The position numbers and the translations under genes were made by a program. Shown piece by piece: positions 1 to 14,569 of a stretch of 64,000 bases of DNA. The stretch is from the NCBI RefSeq assembly GCF_009914755.1, contig NC_060926.1. One strand, written 5' to 3'. Positions within the stretch are counted from its first letter, which is position 1. Every line of letters starts with the position of its first letter. Origin of the DNA: the human T2T-CHM13v2.0 reference genome, Homo sapiens. The notes beneath the pieces are model-generated. The model searched no databases. It saw only the letters and a list, made by a program, of their open reading frames with translations, and had not been told where the DNA came from.

Positions 1-330
1 AATCAATAAAAGACATATTTGAAACAATAAAAGCAAAATTAACATAGACTAAACATTAAATGATTTCAAGGAATTATTGTTGGACATATTGCTAGTATTG
101 TGATTATGTTTTGAAAAAGGAAGTTCTTAATACTGAGAGATACATCTATCCTGATGGGAAAAATAGAATGGTGCCTGGGATTTGCTTTAAATACTGAGAA
201 AAAAAATGAAGTTACTGGGCATGGATCAAACAAAATGGCAGCGCATTGTTAATTGTTGAAGCTGGGTGATAGGTAAATGAAGATTTCTTATATTATTTAT
301 ATTTATTCTAATATTTATATCAACATTTGT
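1..330 (+). mobile_element. Old L1M (L1MC/ME-type) 3' UTR fragment
   Basis: Motifs 'gggatttgctttaaatact' and 'ttgttaattgttgaagctgggtgataggta' resemble L1M 3' ends; highly diverged. Confidence 0.65.
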
Positions 331-3300
331 ATTTATACATAATTTATAGATTAATAGACTTACTATTAGGATGTGTTTGGCAACATAGTTGAGAAAGGGG
401 TAAAGGGGGGTAGAATGCACTTTAATTGAAGAAAATAAACAGTTCACTGAACCAAGAAAAAAAAGTATGAGATTTTACTTTCTTCTCAAGTAAAGCTTTA
501 TGGGTTCAAATTAGTTTACCTTTGGCACAACTTAATTTAAGCCCAAAACACTTACAAGTGTAAAGGTTTCTTTGATGTTATGACTCTCACCGGATTCTGT
601 GTTGATGTGTAAAAAGCAATGAATCTGAATGAAGGCAAAATAGGTAGATTTAAGTGCCCATTAAACATGCTCTTTACAAGTAAAGGATTCGTGGTTAGAA
701 AAAATGTTTTACCTTTCAGGTACTTGCAGGAAAAAAATGTGTGAATATAAGTTATTACATTTTAGAAGGAGTTGATGGAATTCAAAACATTTCAGAACCT
801 AAATTTGTGAAGAACACGCATACATCCCTTTGGGATCCAAAATAACTGGATTTTAAAAGTGAAGTGATTCTGGTAAGCAAGGATAAATAGTTTAAACCAT
901 GTGGCCATATGCCAGTTGACGCCCAAACTCTGATACCAACTTCATTCTAATCCCGAGAGGGATAGTGGATTTTTCAGCAATGAGAGCCCACAAATCTATG
1001 ACTTATTACTGTTTGATACCACAGTTACCTATGCCTTGCCTACCTTCACAGTGGGCAGGTACTGCTGGCTGACCACCCAGAAGCCCCAGCTGCTAGGATG
1101 GGTTGGTGGCAGGGCTGAGGCCGTGGCTACCTTCCGGCAGAACCTTGGGAGCCAGCGCCTCCTTCGCCCTGGCTTGTGATAGGAGGTACAACTCAGGATC
1201 TTAAAAGCCATGCAAGGCCGCTGTATGAGCAATGGTCTCTTTCCAATACCTGTTGGTTTATGTCCATCTGTTGAGTGGGATAAATAAATTGGCTTTGGTC
1301 TGCCTGCCTGCCTGATAGTTTTAGTTACCTGAATGCAAAAAGCTTTATTTTCATCATAAAATAGGAGTGCGGGCAAGGTTTGAGAGGTATAGCTGAGTGT
1401 AAACAAGTACACCAATCCCACATACATAGTCGGTAGATCAGCATAGATTCCAGACAGCCAGGCAGAAACATGTTCAGAAGTGAGTATGATGGGCCCAGAA
1501 GTCTTATCTTTACAACTCCTGTTTCTCTGACTGTGGCCTTCGTTTCTTCTCTTTACTATGCTTGGAAGGCTTTACCACTTGTGCTTAGCCTTACATTTTC
1601 CTGTGCCTACGGGTGGAAATCCAGTTAATACAAATAGTTTGATGGGGAAAAATGGTTTTATGCCTGAAAATGGAAAAAAACATGTAAATGTATGGGAAGC
1701 AAGCTTATAGAAAAACCACTTTATTCCTGCTGAAAGGCATGGTGGAAAATGTGATGACCAGGATTATTCCAGGAAGAATTTCCAAGCCAGTTTTTAAAAT
1801 GTGAACCGTGGATAAGATGGTTGATTTCTGGTCAATGATTTCAGAAGTTATTCCCAAAGATTTCATGGATAACCTGAAAATTATCTTTAAAAATAAAGTA
1901 AGTGCCAGATTGACACAACAGGAATCTTGCTGACTACCCTAAATTTGCTCTTGAGGGAACAGATACTATAATTGTCATGACCTTGAGGTAGCTAAGGAGG
2001 CCTCTGGTCTCTTTCAATTCAATATGGTAGGCTTACTTTAAAAGTTACCTTGCGTTGCTTCAATCGGAAAGTTCAGCAAGGCCAGCCTTAGACACATCGG
2101 TAATTAACATGTAATTCTGGAACTGTTTAGAAGAACTTTAGTTCATCACTGCTTCTTCCTACTCACTTCCTAATGGCAAAATCCCATTATCTAAGCTTCA
2201 TTCTATTTGCTTACAACTTTAATCTTTGTCAAAATTCAAATAATCATTGAAAGACAACACTTAAAGCTGCATACTGGTATTTCTCAAACAGAAGTCTGCA
2301 GACCCACGTGAATTCTCTTGTATATTCTTTATATAGCTTCGTATTTTTATCCCTGTGATAATACAATATTTTTATTAATTATAAAGTCAGAACTCTTTTG
2401 CACTGGTAATTGGCAATTGTAAGACATCCATTTTGGGGGAAGTGAGAACTTTTTAATTTAAAGAAGGTTCTGGCATTTTTCAGGTTTGGAAACACAGCTG
2501 CACGCCAGTATAAATGGATGGTTTTATGGGGGCAGGGGGCAGGCAGTTATGTGTTATTAGGAAGAAAATGAAGGTCCCAGTGAGGAAAGCAATGTTGTAA
2601 GGACAACGAGGACAGTGAAGACAAACGTTCTTCCTTCAGTGCGACACATGGGATGGCTTTTTGAGGTAGAGCTAGGTTCTCTGACTGCTGCAAACAGTGG
2701 ACCAACAACAAGTGGAAAATTGAACTAGAGTGAAACCAGGAATAAATGTAGGACTACGGGTGGGACTGAAGCGAGGAGTGGAGCCGTCATTGATGGCCTG
2801 GAAGCAGATCCTTGGCATTGTCTTTCCTTTATAAAATCATCCATGCTGTCTCTCTTTTAGCAAGCTGTTTATCTTGGGACTTCTGCACAGCCAGCTGAAT
2901 AGAATATGGGGCCAAGAAAATGGAAAAGCTAAATCATGTGAGGTTGTGTCAGTTGTTCAAGATCACACAAGAAGGTATAGTAATAGCAAAGTCAACAAGC
3001 CACAGGGCTGTCCTGGCTTCCTGCTCACAGTCCTAGCCTCAGATAATTCATATCCCTAGTTCCACCTCTGGCATGCACTCCATGACCTGGTATTATCTAA
3101 TCAGTCCTAAAACGAAAGGTGTCACACTTTAAAATGGTCTTTCTATTCCTTCACGCATTCACTTCCTTGAGGATTTAGATTGTTGCTGTTTTTATTTCAT
3201 TTTTCCTTTCTTTTTAAGAGTGGAAGTGTTGTATAGATAACCTTTATCTTCAGCCTTTAAATGAGATTATAACTGAAACTGGGTATGGCAAGACTCTTGC

Positions 3301-3469
3301 TTTTTTCTTCCTTCTAATATGGGGAAGGATGACCTTCAGGAAAGACTTTATAGCCCCCAGGGGTCCTCACTTCTGATTACAGTGGTTCTTAACTTCTGCA
3401 CCATCGACCCCTTTGCCCATCTAGGGGAGCCTATGGACCTCTTTTCACAACGATATTTTTTAAAGATTA

Positions 3470-3825
<356 letters not shown>

Positions 3826-3992
3826 TCAAAACATCAAAGCACCAATTTTTTTACATGATGATGTATGTACTTTATTAATACTTAACTAATAAGGAATGGT
3901 GGGAAGTTTAAAAACTATGATAATTTCAAAATAGTGATGACGATAAGTGGTATTTGAAGATATTGCAACTATTGCAATGTGATATAAAAATC

Positions 3993-4262
3993 TATCGCAA
4001 GGACAGAAAACCGAACACCGCATGTTCTCAATCACAGGTGGGAATTGAACAATGAGAACACTTGGACACAGGAAGGGGAACATCACACATCGGGGCCTGC
4101 GGTGGCATTGGGGGAGGGGGGAGGGATAGCGTTAGGAGATATACCTCATGTAAATGACGACTTAATGGGTGCAGCACACCAACATGCAGATGTATACATA
4201 TGTAACAAACCTGCACATTGTGCACATGTACCCTAGAACTTAAAGTATAATAATAAAAAAAA
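3993..4262 (+). mobile_element. 5'-truncated L1PA (PA4/5-like) 3' UTR
   Basis: 'ggtgggaattgaacaatgagaacacttggacacagg...gtaccctagaacttaaagtataataataaaaa'; TSD aaaaatct on both sides. Confidence 0.95.
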
Positions 4263-5581
4263 TCTGTGATTTCTATTCCCGATGAATCACAGTAAGAGTC
4301 CCTGTGGTTTGTCGCTTACATTTATAATGGAAGCAAATAGTAATTTCATCTGAGGTTAGGGAAAATAAAGATGTTTCTTTTTAAATTCCAAATTCACAGA
4401 CTCTCTGAATTCTATCCAAGGACCTTAGGTTGAGAACCCCTGGCTTAGAAGATTTGATGCAATGTTAGACCTGATAAACTTTCTTGTTGTTTACCTGTGA
4501 GGACAGATTTTTGCATGGAAGATTCAAGTGAACTTTCGAATCCTTTCCCTCAATTTTCCCTCCAAATTTTAATTTTTCATATGCAAAGGTACAACTAAGC
4601 AACCTTTGATATCATGCCAGGAAACTGGCAAGATTGATTCCAGCCATAACCTTATTTCCCTCCATTTTCTTGATGTGTTAAACATCAGAGAGGCTGGAAT
4701 TGGTGCTGCCTTGGCCAAAATAACTGAATGGCCTCTGTCTTGGGGGTTTGATTCCCTGCTTCTTCTGGCAACTCCTTAAGCGAGGGAGTGTATATACCAC
4801 GCCATTCCCACATGTTTATATGTTTTTCCTTCAAAGGATTTCTTAAAACAGATGTTGCTTTTCTAGGATAGAAGTCTTCGGATGCTGTTTGTTCACAGAG
4901 AGCAGATCATGCTGTTTCTGACTTTGAGTTTGGGGAAACAAAATCCAATTCTACTGATGTTGGCTTTTCCATTGGAATTCTTGGCCACAGTGTACATAGG
5001 TATAAGCACATGCCCACCTAAATCTACTTTCAGTCTTCTCAACAATCTATTTTGAGTAATATATGCTTTACATGTCTATTCTAATTATTTTTACTAACCC
5101 AAACATTGTTTCACTTATGTACTTAGGATTTATAAAGAAAGTTCTCTTATTAGCTACACAGTGTTCTGCCTGCCACCGTGAGTCAGAGGCAAAGGAGAAA
5201 ACCTGAAAAATTAAGGCAAATGAATTCTTGAATTTTATGACCGTGCAAAGTTGTTTCTAGGAAATTAAGGAATTTCAAACATTTAACAAATGCGATGGTT
5301 GCTGTAATTATACATCAAAAGACAAGCTACTTCACCCAAATACGTACCTTGCATATAACTTGGATGTTGTTATTGTTTAATTAAAAGTATGGGTACATTT
5401 CTTTTAATCTTGACTCTAAGCCAGTGTTCTCCATCATGAATATGGGTGTTGCTTAAAGTGGCATGTATTATTAGTACAGCTCTCATTTGGTGTCTTTGTG
5501 CCATGACTCGCATGCTGTTTACATTCAGAGACCATATGTCATCTGTTGCTCTGTGTGTCCTTAGCCACCTCGAAAGACTTG

Positions 5582-5789
5582 CAAGGGGTGTTCTGGTAAA
5601 TGCTTAACAACTGGCTCTCCAGGGGCAATAAAGTCCAAATTTGTAGAATTTGCCAATTTTTGTGGTGTAAATCTTCCCACCATAGATAATTTCAAGCTAC
5701 TAAAATGATTTCACTGAACACAGGGTGAGGAAAAGATGAGTACAAGTGGCTCTTGCAAGTCAGGGTAAGCCAGTTCCAGCACCTCACTA
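5582..5789 (+). mobile_element. MER63A-like hAT DNA transposon
   Basis: 'ctggtaaatgcttaacaactggctctcc...tggtgtaaatcttcccaccat...ttcaagctac...ccagcacctcacta'. Confidence 0.8.
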
Positions 5790-6634
5790 CAGGACCCACT
5801 CTTCCCTGTGGCTGAGAGTTGTGATAGTCTATATCCAGGATTTTGTTCATTTTGCTTTTGTTTTTGCTCCTTTTTTTGTTTACACTCAATGCATACTGCA
5901 GTATCAGAGACAGAAAGAGAATAAGAGGAAAACATCCAGGTAAAAACTCTCTGATAATACTTTCTCTCGAAGCTGATTTCTGGGACTGTGGTTTTGATAA
6001 CAGCTTCATATGGCCTATTATAGGCAGATTTATGTTCTGTTTTAATGGTGTTCATTATTAGTGATGTCACCTACTAAGTGACTTCAGAAACAAAGGTGAT
6101 GTCTGGTAAAGATGCAAGTCTTACACCTACGTCAATCCAAGTCTCCCATCAGCTTTTTGTAGGCCACACATATTCTAGTTAACTGGGGAAACCATAACAA
6201 TTTCTCCTGATTAGGCAGAGTCCATGGCTCTTTTCCAGTATTTACGAATGTATTATCTAGAACGAGATGTTCTTCAAGCAGAAAAATTTCATCTTTAAAA
6301 TATTTTTAGCATTCTAGAATCCTATGAGTTGAAGTCAAAATGCATTATGTCTACACTACTCTTCCGATCTCCCAAATCTGTCAAAAGGGAAATGGCATTG
6401 ATACAACATGGACCCACACTGGCTTTTAATGTGTACCACATTTTTTTCTGAAATGTTTGTAAACTCTCTATTCTGGAATTATAGAAAGGATACTGACCAA
6501 TGGCTTCTGGAATTCAACTTTTTCAATCTCTTCTTTGAAAATTGAGACTTTCAGGGGTTACATAGCTAAGTAACCCAATCAATCTATATTTTTCCTCACT
6601 GAAAAAAACACTGTTCTAGATTGTAAAATATAAT

Positions 6635-7455
6635 TGTATATTGAGATACAATTCATATACCATATAATTTTACCTTGTTAAAGTATGCAACTCCATGCTT
6701 TTTAATATATTTACAGAGTTGTGTGGTTATCACCACTGTCCATTTTAGAACATTTCTATCATTCATAAAAGAAACTTTGTACCCATTTAATAGTCATATC
6801 CTATTCTTCCTTCCCCATGAGCCCAGGAAACTACTAATCTACTTTCGTCTCTATAGATTTGGCTATTCTGGACATTTAAACTAAATAAAATTATAAAATA
6901 TTAGGTGCAATTAGTAACTGCAACAACTGCAGTTACTTTTGCACCAACCTACTATGTGGTCTTTTGTGACTGGCTTTTTTTACTCAGAACACTATTTTCA
7001 AAGTTCATCCAAGTAGTAGCCTGTATCAGTGCTATCAATCAGTACCTTATTCTTTTTTTGCAATATACTTTGAAAAAAGTTTCTTTCCTTCTGTGTATTA
7101 TCTTTTCACCTACTTGATAGGGCCCTTTGTAGCACAAAAGTTTTTAATTTTGACAAAGTTCAATTTTTTAAAAAAATTTCATCTGTTTTTGTATTTTTTT
7201 GTGTAAGTATTCATTGTTTAACCGAAAGTCACAAAGACTTATGCCTGTGTTTCCTTCTGATAATTTTATAGATTTAACTCTTACATTCGAGTCTCTGATC
7301 TATTTTGTGTTAATTTTTTTTGGGGGGGAGTGTGAGAGTGAAAATTCTATTCTTTTGCATGTGAATGTCCAGTTGTCTCAGCACCATTTATTGAAAAGAC
7401 TATTCTTTCCCCATGAATTATCTTGCCACTCTTGTTGGAAATCAGTTGACCATTG
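6635..7455 (-). mobile_element. L1MB-type 3' end and ORF2 fragment
   Basis: 'ttgagatacaattcatataccat...actaatctactttcgtctctatagatttggctattctggacatt' and 'ccagttgtctcagcaccatttattgaaaagact'. Confidence 0.85.
6901..6950. mobile_element. MADE1 (Hsmar1 MITE), internally deleted
   Basis: ttaggtgcaa...ttacttttgcaccaaccta inverted termini inside the L1. Confidence 0.75.
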
Positions 7456-8068
7456 AAACATATTTTGATCTAAGTAAATGGGAAACTTAAGGAACTCTAA
7501 GTCAACACTCAGGTGAGTTAGGAGCAAGGCAACTTTCTTGCCAGTTCTTCAAGTATCATTGAGGTTAAATGTAACCTGCACAACACAAAGTGAGGAGCTG
7601 TGCACCTGTGTCAGCCTGAAAGAGAGCTTTAAGACATTGTCTTTGACGCTATTCTGTTACATTTGAATGAGGACAAACGTTTACCAAACTTTCAGAGAAT
7701 TCAAATCTCAAGACAGGTATTTAATACTCAATGTAATAGAGTTAAAATTCAAAATACTCTTCAGAGACCAGAAAACTAGATTGAAATAAACAAAATGAAG
7801 GCAGCCTGGGATAAATAGGAACACTTAGTTTCTAAAATTAATTACACAAGTATTGGGTATTGGAGGCTTGCCTAGATTTGGTGGTTGATAGTCACATGGT
7901 AATCTGCATTAGTTCCTCCATATGTTGGGGGTGACCTTTACATAGCCCCTGGAAGTCCCTTGATACCACCAGGTAATAATTTAGCAAGAAGCTTATGTAA
8001 CTAATAGGTTTTTTACTATTACTCCTGGGCAAGGTATAACAAAGCCTAAGTGTTCCTAATAAGAAACA

Positions 8069-8070
<2 letters not shown>

Positions 8071-8125
<55 letters not shown>
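8071..8125. repeat. (AT)27 microsatellite
   Basis: Pure AT run abutting the Tigger3 left end. Confidence 0.98.
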
Positions 8126-8128
<3 letters not shown>

Positions 8129-8338
8129 ATGCATTGTATAACAACATTTTGGTCAATGACAGACCACATGTATGACAGTGGTCCCATAAGATTGTAATGG
8201 AGCTGAAAAATTCTTATTGCCTAGTGATGCTGTAGCCATCATAATGTTGTAGTGAAAAACATTACTCATGTGATTGTCGTAATGCTGGTGTAAGCAAACC
8301 TACTATGCTACCAATCATATAAAAGTAGAGGACAGGGG

Positions 8339-8637
8339 GGCCAGGTGCGGTGTCTCATGCCTGTAATCCCAGCACTTTGGGAGGCTGAGGTGGGCAAATC
8401 ACTTGAGGTCAGGAGTTGGAGACTAACCTGGCCAACATGGCAAAACCCCGTCTCTACTAAAAATACAAAAATTAGCCAGGTGTGGTGGCAGACGCCTGTA
8501 GTCCCAGCTCCTCAGAAGGTTGAGGCAGGAGAATTGCTTGAACCTGGGAAGCAGAGGTTGCAGTGAGCCAAGATGGCACCACTGTACTCCAATCTGGGTG
8601 ACAGAGTGAGATTTTTGTCTCAAAAAAAAAAAAAAAA
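8339..8637 (+). mobile_element. Alu (AluS)
   Basis: Full dimer with poly(A); TSD-like aaaagta(g/t)ag. Confidence 0.97.
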
Positions 8638-8785
8638 GTATAGGTCCTACAATTATGTATAGTACATAATACTTGATAATGTTAATAAATAACTATGTTA
8701 CTGGTTTATGGATTTACTATAGTATACTCTACTTTTTTATATTATTTTAAAGTATACCCTTTCTAGTTATATATTTTTTAAGTTA

Positions 8786-9165
<380 letters not shown>

Positions 9166-9361
9166 ATAGATGACAGTTCCATGCATGTTATTGCCCCTGA
9201 AGACCTTCTGGTAAGACACAATATGGAAGTGGAATACAGTGATTTTTGATAATCCTGATCCTGTGTAGGCCTCGACTAATATATGTGTTTGTGCCTTAGT
9301 TTTTAATATAAAAGTTTTAAAAAGTAAAAATGAAAGCTTTTTTAAATAGAAAAGCTTGTAG

Positions 9362-9667
9362 AGACCAGACATGGTGGCTCATGCCTATAATCTCAACACC
9401 TGGGGAGGCCAAGGCAGGAGGATCACCTGAGGCCAGAAGTTCATGACCAGCCTGGGCAACACAACCAAACTCCATCTCTACAAAAAATTTAAAACTTAGC
9501 TGGGCATGGTGGTGCACACCCTTAGTCCCAGCTACTCGGGAGCTGAGGAGAGAGGATCACTTGAGCTCAAGATTACAGTGAGCTATGATCATGCCACCAC
9601 ACTCCAGCCTGGACAATGAAGTGAGACCGTGTCTCTCTAAAAAAATTTTTAAATTAAAAATTAAAAA
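9362..9667 (+). mobile_element. Alu (AluJ-like)
   Basis: Diverged dimer with 'aggatcacttgagctc' and 'gtgagctatgatcatgcc'. Confidence 0.92.
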
Positions 9668-10692
9668 GAGGGAAAAACGTATAGAATAAGGATATAAACA
9701 AAGAAAATATTTTCGTACAGCTATACAATGTGTTTGTGTTTTCAGCTAAATGTTATCACAAAAGACTCAAAAGTTAAAAAAAATCTAAAAAGTTTATGAA
9801 GTAAAAAAGTTGTACTAAGCTAAGGTTAATTTATTATTGAAGAGATAAAACTATTTTTAATAAATTTACTATAGCCTAAGTGTAGAGTATTCATAAAGTC
9901 TATAGTAGTGTATAGTAACGTCCTAGGCCTTCACATTCACTCACCACCCACTCACTGACTCACCCAGAGCAACTTCCAGTTTTGGAAGCTCCATTCATGA
10001 TACGTGCCTTACAAACAAGGACAACTATTTTAACTCATAAAGTTACAAAACAGGTAATATAAAAGGCTGTTATTAGAAATTACTATGGGGAAAAAATTTG
10101 TATTCTAAATAAGATTATAGAATAGCCAGAACATTCTTTTCATCTCTATCTAATAACTCCATCATTCCACCACAGTTACGTGGTAACTTTTTGAGAATCC
10201 AGGAGTGAAGTACTAGGGCCAAGGAAAAAACTCCCCCTTTACCCTCTGAAGGTTTGCTGGAAAATCAACTGACTAAAGGCAGACTGATAGGAGAAAAGCC
10301 ATGTAAATATATTAACATGCACGGGGAGAACCGCAAAGTGATTATCCCAATCCCTCATTGGGGTACAAAAGCTTATATATCATCTTGAGGTTACAGAAAT
10401 AATGAGGGCTCAGAGCATGGCCAAAATCAGGTTATCACGTTATGGTGGCAAGACAGGTTATAGGAGGGAGAGAAGAGGAGGCCTGGCTAGCAAAGGTGGT
10501 CTTGTTATGAGGGGACCCAAAAAGTTCATGAAAAATGTGTATTATGAAAACACTTTACATGGGTTTTAATCGTTTTTGCACCAAAGTAAACTCACACTAA
10601 CTTGTTATAACATGTTCTGACTGAACAGGCTCTAGTTTGAGGCACTAAGAAGAATAAAGAATCAGTTTGAAAGGAACCCTTATTAGAGCAAC

Positions 10693-12065
10693 ATGAATTC
10701 TGCTAAAATTGAAGAAAGAACAAACAATGAATTCATGGTGATGCTTTAGTGGAAGAATGGTGAAATCATTGATTCTGTACAACAAGTTTATAGAGATAAT
10801 GCCCCTAAGAAATCAACAGTTTACAAATGGATAACTCATTTTAAAAAGGGATGAGATGATGTTGAAGATGAAGCCAAAAGTAGACCATCAACATCAATTT
10901 GCAAGGAAAAAATTAATCTTGTTTGTGCCCTAAGTGAAGAAAATTAATGTTGTTTGTGCTCTAAGTTTGTGTTGTGTTAACAACATAAACAACAGCCAAT
11001 ACCACAGACATCTCAGTTGACTCTGCTTACACAATTCTGACTTAAAAATTAAAGTTCAGCAAACTTTCCTCTCAGTGGGTGCCAAAACCATTACACCCAG
11101 ATTAGCTGCAGACAAGAGCAGAGATTTCGATGAAAAAATATATATCTTTTGAGACTAAGTCTTGCTTTGTCACCCAGGCTGGAGTGCAGTGGTGTGATCT
11201 TGGCTTATTGTGGCCTCTGCCTCTGTGGTTCAAACTATTCTCCTGCCTCAGCCTCTCGAGTAGCTGGTACTACAGGTGTGCGACACCATGCCAGGTTAAT
11301 TTCTGTAATTTTAGTAGAGACAGGGTTTCACCGTGTTGGCCAGGCTGGTCTCGAGCTCCCGACCTCAAGTGATCCACCCACCTCAGGCTCCCAAAGTGTG
11401 GGATTGCAGGCATGAGTCACCACACCTAGCCTTCAATGGAAATGTTAAACATGTGGGGTCAAGAACCTGAAGCATTTCTTCAAAGAATTGTAGCAGGAGA
11501 TGGAAACGTCCTTACCAGGACCATCTAGAAGACAAAGCAGAAGCAAAGCAATGGCTACTAAAGTAGAAGTGGCCCAGTCAAAGCACAACTGGACTGGTCA
11601 AGGGCAAAGGCCATGGCAGTGGTCTTTTGGGATGCTCAAGGCAGTTTCCTTGTTGACTTTCTGGAGAGCCAAATAACAACAACATCTGCTTATTATGAGA
11701 GTGTTTGAGAAAATAAGGCAAAGCATTAGCAGAAAAATGCCTAGGAAAGCTTCACCAGAGAGTCCTTCTCCACAGTGATGCTCCTGCTTATTCCTCTCAT
11801 CAAACAAGTGCATTTTTGTGAGAGTTTTGATGGAAATTATTAGGCATCCACCTTACAGTCCCAGTTTGGCTACTTCTGAGATCTTTTTGTTTCCTTATCT
11901 TAAAAGAATCTGCAAAGGGTGTCCAGTTTTCTTCAGTTAATGACAGAAAAAGGACTCCATTGACACGGTGAAATTCCCAGGATCTTCAGTTCTTTAGGAA
12001 TGGACTAAATGGCTGGTATCATTGCTTGCAAGTGTCTTAACCTTGATGTGTCTTATGTTGAGTAA
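10693..12065 (+). pseudogene. Mariner (Hsmar2) transposase pseudogene
   Basis: ATG at 10693 gives MNSAKIEERTNNEFMVML*WKNGEIIDSVQQVYRDNAPKKSTVYKWITHFKKG*; later 'catccaccttacagtcccagtttggct' (HPPYSPxLA motif). Has stops, indels and an Alu insertion; end coordinate approximate. Confidence 0.85.
11139..11432 (-). mobile_element. Alu (AluS) inside the HSMAR2 transposase
   Basis: Antisense dimer; degenerate TSD ttcgatgaaaa / ttcaatggaaa. Confidence 0.95.
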
Positions 12066-12629
12066 GAAAGTTTACACTTTTAATTTTTATCTTTGAAGTC
12101 CATTTTTCCAAGAACTTTTTGAAGTCTCTTCATATGTAGATGAAACCTCACAGACAGCAGCCTTTAGAGAGACTAGATGATAAATGTTTTTTTCAGACCT
12201 TCAAAGGTGTCGAACTCTCAGTTAATCTTTCCTAGATCTGGACAAGGGAAGCCCTCAGAGATAGCCTGGCTGCATCAATACAGATTCTTTACAGATGCAA
12301 ATCAACCCCTCTGCCCTTCCTCCACACCCCTACAAAAGACAGCTTTGCAGGGCTACTTCTGTTTGCAGGCGCTCTGAACAGCCATCTTGAAATAAGTAAA
12401 GAAGTATATTTTGGGGTGAAATATTTGTACTTCCTTCAAGGTCTTGAGCATTGCCCTCTGTCTTGTGGCCCTATCACTAGTCACAGGGATCTAAAACTAA
12501 TTGAATTGTTGAAGAACCTACATTTTTAGACATAAGGTCCAGATTTGGTGTAGTTAACTCTGACATTACCTCTAATAAGATACGAAAGGAAAATACAGCC
12601 TTGAGCATCCCCTGCCTCTTGTATCCTTT

Positions 12630-13010
12630 GGCTTAGCTAGAATACAGTGTTCAATTCTGAGTGTGAAGGCATCAAGGTAATACTAACAAATTAGAGAACA
12701 TTCAAGGGAAGGCAAAAGAGACTGTGAAATAGGAAGCATGTCAGATGAGTAATGTTTGAATAACATTTGGAGAAGCAAAGACTAAAGATGTGATAAACAT
12801 ATTCAAATATTAGAGTAGCTATTATGTTTTACAGAAGTATATGTAAATTTTTGCTTTCGGATTTCATACATCAATACTATGAACAATGGATATGTATATT
12901 TTTACTCAGACTAGTGAAGAGCATTCTAACAACTACAACTGTACGGCCAAGAAAGGGCTGCCTTGTGAGGGATGAACATGATTTCTGACCCCTCTGAAGG
13001 AAAAATTGTA
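12630..13010 (+). mobile_element. L3/CR1 3' relic
   Basis: 'aatacagtgttcaattctga...aaattagagaacattcaagggaaggc' and 'aagggctgccttgtgaggg'. Confidence 0.5.
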
Positions 13011-13890
13011 TGTTCACCTATTGGGATACTATAAAAGAGATAGAAGAGATGACAGGGCAAGACCCCTCTCAAATATAAATGTCTATAATTCTCTCTATCC
13101 ATTATTGCCATAAAGCTATGGGCATTTGGCTGTAAACATAGGTTTTCTTCCCAATAACTCAAGGGACCTAATGACACCATTATACTCTGCTCTACCCTGG
13201 GATATTCAGCTGGGTATTCCTTTTCTCAGTCAGCCAGAGCCCATATTATATATGGCTTCTCTCCACAATGGTATCAAAGCTTATTTATCTTTCCCCAACC
13301 CTGTTTTTAAAATTAGAACATCTGGTCTTTGGTTTTGTATTACATTCATTGGAGAAGTCCATTCCATTTTATTTAAAATTTGAGCAGCCTGGATTTGGGT
13401 TCACATTTAGTGAAACTTGCACCCTTTGTTCTTTCCATTTATAAGGTTCTTTCCCATGACCACTCGTTGGAAGCCTTGTGGTCAGTTACAAACACTAGTT
13501 TTGCCCCTGAGTCATGTTGTTAAATTCTCCACCCCAGCTCTCACTTCAGTGGTGTAGCTGGGAGGACATAGGTCTCTGAGAGGATCTATCTTCTGGTGGG
13601 TGGACAGAAGTTAGGTAAGATAAACATGAGCTTCTTCCTAAAATGTGTTACTGGAAGAGAGTAAAATGCCGCCGTAGAACATCTGTTTTTAAAGTATATC
13701 CCAATTAGTCTAGACCAACAATGCCAAATCTGGTAGTACTGCTTAACTCAAAACACTAATATTCAAATATGACTAATCTCATGCATGTCTTGACTGTGAG
13801 CAGAGTATAAAAACTACATCTCTTCTTTTTGATCCTTGGGCTTCTTTTAATCTACAAGGAAATCTCTGATCTTAGAGTTCAAGTGGTGGC

Positions 13891-13892
<2 letters not shown>

Positions 13893-13927
<35 letters not shown>
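13893..13927. repeat. (CA)n microsatellite
   Basis: About 17 pure AC units. Confidence 0.98.
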
Positions 13928-13929
<2 letters not shown>

Positions 13930-14569
13930 TACTTCTGACAATTCAGTAACAGCATGCCTTTTTTGGTGATTGTTGTAAAATTTGAGATGTCAGCTTTGTA
14001 TATTGATAAATTATAAAATAACTTTTCTAGTCTTTTCCTTCTTAAACATTCTTCTCTCTTAAACATACTACACAAAATACCAGTTACAGATAAATGGCCA
14101 GAAAGAGGAAACTCTTACTATTTTTTTCAGTGCTGTCATCATGAAAATATAATGAAATGTGTTGTATTTCTGATGGAGGAATCAAAGCCACATATCGGTA
14201 CATGTAGTTCAAATGATTCAACTCAAAGGGGAATGCTAGTTTGCCACCTTTCTCCCTTCTTCCACTAAAAAAGCATTGAGTTAAGAGACATTTTTACATC
14301 TTGCGGCTGATGAAAGAAGGAAAATTGGCATATCCTAGGCAATTAATTTCTAAAGGCAGGTGAAAGTTTAGATAAAAGACCCAAATGACTTCTTCCTTCA
14401 ATCTGAAAATAGTTCTCAGAAATATTTATAATTCATTAGACATGAGCCAGTGAGGAGATAATAGCTTTGAAATATGGGAGTGTAAATATGCATCATCAGT
14501 GTAATAGTTCCCCTAAAAGAGGAAAATAATTTTTAAAAGTCTTGGGGAAATCAGCAGAGTGAGGTGCAA

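Larger units (their letters stand above)
10508..12132 (+). mobile_element. Full-length HSMAR2 mariner transposon (decayed)
   Basis: TIRs tgaggggacccaaaaagttcatgaaaaatg and catttttccaagaactttttgaagtctcttca; TA target duplication at 10506-7 and 12133-4. Confidence 0.93.
10211..12438 (-). mobile_element. ERV1-class solo LTR (MER34/MER39-like), split by HSMAR2
   Basis: Right end is the reverse complement of 'tgaaggaagtacaaatatttcaccccaaaatatacttc'; the sequence is continuous across the HSMAR2 (cttgtta|tatgtagatgaaacc). Confidence 0.75.

Noticed and set aside
1029-1427. 132-aa ORF in unique sequence
   Set aside because: No recognisable domain or exon structure; the length is compatible with chance.
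10693-12065. Possible domesticated mariner transposase
   Set aside because: An in-frame stop occurs within the first 20 codons, with further stops, indels and an Alu insertion.
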